64,000 nucleotides of DNA. Source: Octopus vulgaris. Its lineage: Eukaryota. Made by a program: the position numbers and the translations under genes. Location of the stretch: positions 49,414,001 through 49,478,000 of the forward strand of contig OX597815.1 in the NCBI GenBank assembly GCA_951406725.2. Reading direction: 5' to 3'. Under the pieces are notes generated by a model. That model did not search any database, was not told the origin of the DNA, and saw nothing but the letters and a program-made list of their open reading frames with translations. Positions 56,761 to 64,000 of the stretch are shown piece by piece. The stretch's first letter is position 1; the number at the start of each line of letters is the position of its first letter.

Positions 56761-56774
56761 AATTATTCCAACAG

Positions 56775-58420
56775 TCATATCTTGCATTCAAACAACATGT
56801 CTTGCCCATCTGCTCTGGATTCTCAACAGCATACTTTCAATACTGGAGATATCACATTTTACTAAAATTTTGACATTTGATATCTTATCTTGCCATTTTA
56901 TGTTGCAGATATTGCACAGACGGTGCATGTGAAAAGTTTCAAGTTTCTTTAAATATCTGCAGTTGAGAATCCTTACTTCTGCTCCATACAAAAGTGTGCT
57001 TCAAATACAAGATTTCTATACACTTACCTTAGTTTTCAAACTAACACTGCGTTCACCCCACAAACACTAGGAAAGGTTTTCCCATAGCACTTGTAGCCTA
57101 CATATTCTAACATTGATTTCATCATCTGGGGTACTCTTAACGCTTACCATACTTCCAAGGTATTTAAATGACCTGGCCTGTTTGATTGGCTTATTGCAAT
57201 CATCACATTGTATCTTGAGTATATTCTGCTCCACGCTTTTGTTGGAATAAAACTTCAGTCTCCTATAATGCTGATAGTCAGCCCAAATGCATGAGCTGCC
57301 ACATCAAATCTATCAATTACTTCCTGAATTCCTTCAAATGTATGAGAAATCAAAGAACAATCACCAGCAAACAGAAAATAATGTAGAATCTCTTCCCTTG
57401 TCTTTTTCTTTGATCTGAAAGTTTGCCCATTTAGGTTTAGTAAACCTCTGTCTGTGAGAAACTGAAATTTTACACCTTTGTGGTAATCCTTAAACACATG
57501 TTGGAGCATCATTGAAAAGAATATGATGAAGTGTACAGAAGCTAAAAATAGCCCTGCTTAGTTCCAGTGGAAACAGTAAATTCCTCCAAACATTGACCAT
57601 TAGATATCACTGTTGCTATCATTTCTTTGAGCAAAGATACTATTACCCTTATTTTATCAGGAAGACCAACTTTTGACAAGAATTTTCAAAGTGTTTCATG
57701 ATTCACTGTATCAAAAGCCTTAGTCAAGTCAACAAAGACCATGTTGAAGTCAGTATTTTGCTCATGTGCTTTCTCTTGAACTTGCCTAAGGGCAAAAACC
57801 ATGTCTCAACTGTGCCTCTCCCAGCTTGAAATCCACATTGAAATTCAGAATATATGCTATTTACTACATGCTTATTGAGGTGGTTAAGAATAGCCATCAC
57901 AAGAATTTTTCCAGATACACACAACAAAACTATTCCTCTGTGATTATCCCATACACTCTTCTTCCCCTTGTTTTTGGACAAGTGCATTATAGATACATCC
58001 TTGAACTGTTGGGGAATAGATTCAGTTTCCCAGATCAAACAGATTTATTTGTGCAGTTTCTTATAAGTTGTCTACCACCGTGCTTGTACATTTCTATGGG
58101 AATATCGCCTTGTCTAGGAACTTTACCACAAGTTCCTCAATTATATGCCACTGAAGGATTTCATTGATTACTTTAGGATCAGTAGTAAATTCTTGATTTA
58201 ACACAGAATTGATATACTCAGTCCATCTTTTTAGAATTTATTCTTTACTACTTAAGCGTTTTAACTAATCATTAGGAAGAATATGTTCTGTATGACCTTT
58301 TTGGGGACCAAATACACCTTTCAGATTATCATACAATGCTCTTAAGTTGTAGGAACTAGCAGCCAGTTCCAATTCTTCCAAGTTTTAGCAAACCAAGAAT
58401 TTTTCATTTGTCACAATTTG
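56775..58420 (-). mobile_element. RTE (BovB-like) LINE, decayed RT region
   Basis: IWETESIPQQFKDVSI..KNKGKKSVWDNHRGIVLL..GKIL..FQCGFQAGRGT; FLFAGDC..FGLTIS; YGAE..KLETFH..WQDKISN..RWARHVV. Confidence 0.92.
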
Positions 58421-58749
58421 ACAAAATTTCGAAAGTCAGTACAAATATTCCACATGCTGTTTTGTCTGGTGCTCTGAGAATTCTACTAATGCATTGCATT
58501 CGACTGCTACTTTATCTAACCCAGAATAATGAAAGGCCAAATAGATCTTCCCAGAATAAATACCACAAGGCAATAATTTTACCAATTTGTTTCTAGATCT
58601 CTGTATGAATTAAATATTCTTTCCCACCTAACTCAATGTTACTTCTTCACTTACTCATCCGCAACTTTACTGTCAAGAGTAATATCTAAAGATGTCTTGG
58701 GTCCAGGCTTTAAATATTTACACTCTTACTTTCACTGTGAAGTAAATTA

Positions 58750-59120
58750 AACCTGGTTGAGACATCATACATATATCTCAAATGCACCTCACCCATCAGT
58801 TCCTCTTTGCAGAGTTGGCCTCAGGCACCAGACCATGTGGATCCCTCAAATTCCATTTCCGAGACTAGCTCAAGGTCATTCTATTCTGTTGCCCCATTAA
58901 CCCAAATACCTGGGAGACAATCGCCAATGACCACCCTAAGGGAATGGACCAGATGGAAAATAACACACATCAAGAGGCAGTTATCAGACTTTGAAGATGC
59001 AAAGAATGACTGACACTTCCTCGTCCCCTGCCAAACTTCCCCTATAATAAATGCGCTTGACTCTTCTAAACCACCCTTGGCCTGAACAACCACCTCAAGC
59101 ACTGGCACCCTTTGCACCCA
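58750..59120 (+). mobile_element. RTE LINE C-terminal fragment
   Basis: WLRH..HQFLFAELASGTRPCG..FRD.LK..INPNTWETIAND..KC..LGLNNHLKH (zinc-finger-like end). Confidence 0.7.
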
Positions 59121-62100
59121 TCAAGATAAAGTGGCTCAATCACTTGCTATAGATTAACTACTCAGATATGAATTAATGCTGACAATGCAATTAAATCTGG
59201 ATTAAATGTCCAAGAAAATGCTTCAAGTATCTGATAAAGGAGAATGTGGTATTTACTCTCACCCTGGATGAAATGTTCTCTTAGCTCTCTTTTGGTCTGC
59301 TATATGTAAGTTTGATTGAAAGAATTCACTTAACACATGCTTGCATGAGCATCATACACACACACACTTGTAAACACACATGTTTATGTATGTATGCAAG
59401 TCCCACCTAACTCACTGTCACTTGTTCACTTACTCATCCGCAACTTTACTGTCATCAGTAATATCTAAAGAAATTCCTCTAAAAGCAGCTGGCTACATTA
59501 TGAGAAAAGTTTGTATATACACATATACTTGTGTATACTTATACATACACACACACAGACACATACACACACACAAATGCAAATATGTATGCATATCTTA
59601 TACATGCACTCACAAACATTAAAATACATATATATGTACGCACCAAGTGCCTGCTGAGTTTTCTTTCTTCTGTGGAGCCTGTGAAGTCAAGTTCTGAGTA
59701 TTATGATTGTGGTGATGAATAAATACTTTTTGGAGAAACAGCTATTTGATCTGATAATGAAGTTTACCACTTGAGCCATGCCATGATAGGGCACTACAGA
59801 GTGTCCTGTCTCAAAATGAAAAGATTAAAAGGATGAGTACCAGACAAACATACACATATAAAAACATACATACATACATATACATATGCACTAATATATA
59901 CTCATACATACAATAATGCAAGCAAGGACAAAATCATCTGTTAATACCCAAACACATCACATCTCAGCATTTCATATGCATGAGATGATGGTAGTTGTAT
60001 GTATATATATATGTATGTATGTATGTATATTCATATGTAAGTAGGTGTGTGTAATATATATATATACATAAGAACATAAAATCTCGTTCTCTCTCTCTCT
60101 CTCTCTAGCTCACTGCATGCTAAGGGCTTAAGCACAATTTACCCACATTGAAATATATTCAGCTATTGTACATCTCTATCTCCCTATGAATATCGACATG
60201 CAAATAATATATCTACATACATACACATATATAAATATATATATATATATATGGATGTGTGTATGTAAAAACATGAATAAATGTGAATATACTTACATAT
60301 ATATACATACAAATATATGTACAGAGATCTATAGATACAGATATAAATAAGTACAATATGCAAATAAATACAAAAAAATAATAATAAATACATAGAAATT
60401 ATCAAAAGACCTAAAAAGAAGATTGTGAAACAGAGAGGGGAGAGAGAGGGAGACAGAAAAAGTGTGAGAGACAGAGAGAGAAGAAAGACTCAGAAAAGTA
60501 GTGAGGGGGACAGAGCAAAAGAGAGAGAGAGAGAGTGAGATAGAGACAGGGAGAGACAAAGAGTGAAAGAAAGAAAGAGGGGGGAGGGCATAAGAATAAG
60601 GAGAAAGATATATGTAGATGAAAGAGAAGTTCAAAGAAAAGTAATTAGTTCAGAGGCATTCATGAAGAGTGACTGATTTCTTTCAGTTGATTTTCTTGTC
60701 TTTTCTTTTGTTTGCATGTCTGTTATAGTTTGGTTTGGATGTTTTTGTATGTGGTGTGGTTTGTGTTTGCATCTTCCCTTTCTCTTCTATTCTTTCTTCC
60801 TTTCTTTTGATTTTGTTGTTGTTGTTGTTATATTGTGTGTGTGTGTGAACGTATGCATATGTATGTATGAATGTATGTGTGTGTTTTTTAAAATTATCTT
60901 TTTTTGTTTCTTTATTATCTGTCATGTCTAATTTTTTTGTAACTCACATTATGAGATTCTTCCATTATTCTACAAAGATGAAGATAGAAATTAAGATATA
61001 CATACATAAATATATATACATGTGTGTGTGCGTGTGTGTGTATAAACACACATATACAAACTTACATAAAGGTGCATATGTGTGTATCGGCATATAAACA
61101 CATCTATAAACAAGTACATATTTATAATAGATATTCATGTATTTTTGTGTCTATGCAGATTCACACGTCAGTGTATGAGTGTATTATATATATATATATA
61201 TATACTCACATGCACATGCTTATACACAAGTGCATATTATTTTATCAAGAGTAATATTGAATAAGCAGACAGTCTTTAGTGAAACATGGCTTTCTGAGGT
61301 GACATTGGCTGCTCAATGGATGATGAGTTCATAGTTTTATCTTTTACTTGATGGCATTTCAAAAGATTTATGTAAAAGAAAGTAGTTTTCACTTCGAAGG
61401 AATTTTCAGTTTTACTCAACGATTATTGCTATTTAGAAATCAATTCTATTTATGTCTTGGATTCATTTGGAATTTTCGATTCTATCCATTTATATTGTTC
61501 TTATATCATTGACAAAATTTTGTGCTTTGATCTTGTTGGATCATAGAATGTAGAGGATATTTTGAAAAATGAAAACAAGGAAATTTTGATTTTCTGGCAA
61601 GCATTTTTGCAGTTATTACTTTATTATTTATGCTTCTATAGTTCTGTGCTGATATATTCCAAAACACAAATGTACATAAATAAATATATAAATAAAACCT
61701 CTTTATTAATGCGTGTCTGGTAAAATTTATAACAGTGAATGGGAGTATATCAACTAATTTTAACATTAAAAAAAACATCAACTCAAAGCATGAGTAGAGA
61801 AGAAGAAAACAAAAAGGTGCTTTCTCTCAAAACCTTTGTCCATATTTGAGAGATTTGTAGGAAGTAGGAAGAGAATATAGTTATGAGTGTGGCTCATTCA
61901 CTCATAATGGTTATATGAGCACAACGACTCAGGGAAAGGAAATAGAAACTGCAAAGTCAGCAGCAGATTGATTATTGATTTCTAATGGCTATGTGGTTAA
62001 AGATTTTGCTTCAGAACCATGTGGTTAGTGGTTTGGCTTCTGCAAGGATCCTGTCATCTGGTGTCTTCTGCTTCAGCTACAGGTTGACCAATACCTTGTG

Positions 62101-62346
62101 AATGAAATTTGTATACAGAAACTATGAGGAAACCTGATTGTATAAAGATTTGAATAACACCTGTGATTAACTCCATTTATTTATTTATCTATGTCATACA
62201 AAAACATTTCACTTAACCCTAGAATTTCTACCTTTATAAGTAGGCTGTTACATCCTTGGTACTTATGTGAATTTTTGCTACTCTGGTAACTGTTTATTTA
62301 TTTATTATTTCTGTATTATTTGTACACATTGAAAAAGTACATGTAC

Positions 62347-62426
<80 letters not shown>

Positions 62427-62431
62427 TCTCT

Positions 62432-62836
62432 CTCTTTTACTCTTTTATTTGTTTCAGTCATTTGACTGTGGCCATGCTAGAGCACCGCCTTTAGTCAAGC
62501 AAATCGACCCCAGGACTTATTCTTTGTAAGCCCAGTACTTATTCTATCAGTCTCTTTTGTCGAACCGCTAATTTGCAAGGACATAAACCCACCAGCATCG
62601 GTTGTCAAGCAATGCTAGGGGGACAAGCACAGACACACAAACATACACACACACATATATATATACATATATACAACAGGCTTCTTTGAGTTTCTGTCTA
62701 CCAAATCCACTCACAAGGCTTTGGTCAGCCCGAGGCTATAGTGGAAGACACTTGCCCAAGATTCTATGCAGTGGGACTGAACCCGGAGCCATATGGTTGG
62801 TAAGCAAGCTACTTACCACACAGCCACTCCTGCGCC
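62432..62836 (-). mobile_element. SINE family A, full length
   Basis: Complete, close to 21433-21833. Confidence 0.92.
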
Positions 62837-63815
62837 TCCTGTCACTCATGTCCTTTTCACACAACACAACTACATGGGGAAAATGTGATTACCAGCTACT
62901 AGGTCCTACTCCTAAGTAACAGCTAAGCTTAAGATACACACACTTGTGCAGTTTTAATTTAGATCACTTTAACCCTTATATATATGAAATTTAAAATAGG
63001 ATAAAGTGTTTATGAGAATTTATCAAGTAGTCAGCATGAAAAACCTCACAAGGGAAAAATTATAATTATTCCCTTTGAATATATTTATTTATATTAAGGG
63101 CATTGATACACATAAATACCTCATGCTATGAGGGATTAATAAGTGCATTTTGTGCACTAATTATGAAATTATTTATGTGGCTGAATCTGTTTTTAAGGAG
63201 CTCACTTCTAGAGATGCACTCCCCCGCATTCAGTACACTGTTTTTATTATGGTTGTTTTGATATAATTAGCCAAAATATTACTTCTGTTTTATGCTGTCA
63301 CAATAAAATATGAAAACTTATATTATTATAATATGGTGATTCTTACTTTAAAATGGATCCTATCAGACTACCTTGCTACTATTGCTACAATAATACAATG
63401 ATGACCACCAGTAAAACTTGAATTCATTGTGAGAGAAAGAAGGGATCTCATGATAAACAAGTTATTACTAATCACCACTATGATCTAGATTGGTAATTCC
63501 TAAAATGGTCAGTGCTGTCCCCTTGGAGAACAGTGGAAAGATCTGGAGTGCGTGTGGGTGGGGTGTGGGTGGGGGCGATCAAGAAAAGAGCGGCAATGAT
63601 CAGGTAGCTGAAAGATCTCAATGAATGTAAAAAAGAACAAAAATAATTGGTTAATTAGGGTAAGTTTTATTTGTAAAACATAGCTGTTTTGAATTTGCTA
63701 AAGTAAGTGGTCTATGTTTGTGGTGGTAAGTGGTAGTGGTGGGAGCACTAGGAATGTGGTCTGGGTGTCAAGAGGACAGCAGTTTGCAAACGTTTGGGGT
63801 AAGACTGATCTAGAT

Positions 63816-63989
63816 CAGGGCTCCGCAACCATTTTCTACTTATATTCTTTTCAAAATTTGGTGGTATACCTGAACTAAAAATAAAACTAAAAGTATATTA
63901 AAAAAATTATATTCAGGTTACACTGTGGCACACCTAGCATTGTCTCCTGGCACACAAGCATGTTGCAGCATATAGGTTGTGGAGCACTG
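63816..63989. mobile_element. hAT-type MITE
   Basis: TIRs cagggctccgcaacc / ggttgtggagcactg with 8-bp TSD atctagat / atatagat. Confidence 0.85.
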
Positions 63990-64000
63990 ATATAGATGTT

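Overview
AT-rich, microsatellite-saturated eukaryotic DNA with no intact protein-coding gene. The repeat families and microsatellite density suggest a coleoid cephalopod (Octopus-like) intron or intergenic region; this is inference from pattern recognition, not a database match. Almost all listed ORFs are translations of simple repeats. Supported content: about 20 copies of a tRNA-headed SINE with an internal (TA/TG)n tract (family A); about 10 copies of a second SINE (family B); a (GAT)n-tailed retroelement; decayed RTE, R4/Dong and CR1/Jockey-like LINE fragments; a full-length dead mariner plus mariner, pogo, hAT and piggyBac-type MITEs; and a 5S rRNA pseudogene. The most interesting signal is a set of short inserts in (TA)n tracts, several inside SINE A, carrying whole, half or inverted-duplicated hammerhead-ribozyme-like motifs (Penelope/retrozyme-like). 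Also notable: a perfect 45-bp-arm palindrome, an A>G-skewed SINE copy and a local patchwork duplication.
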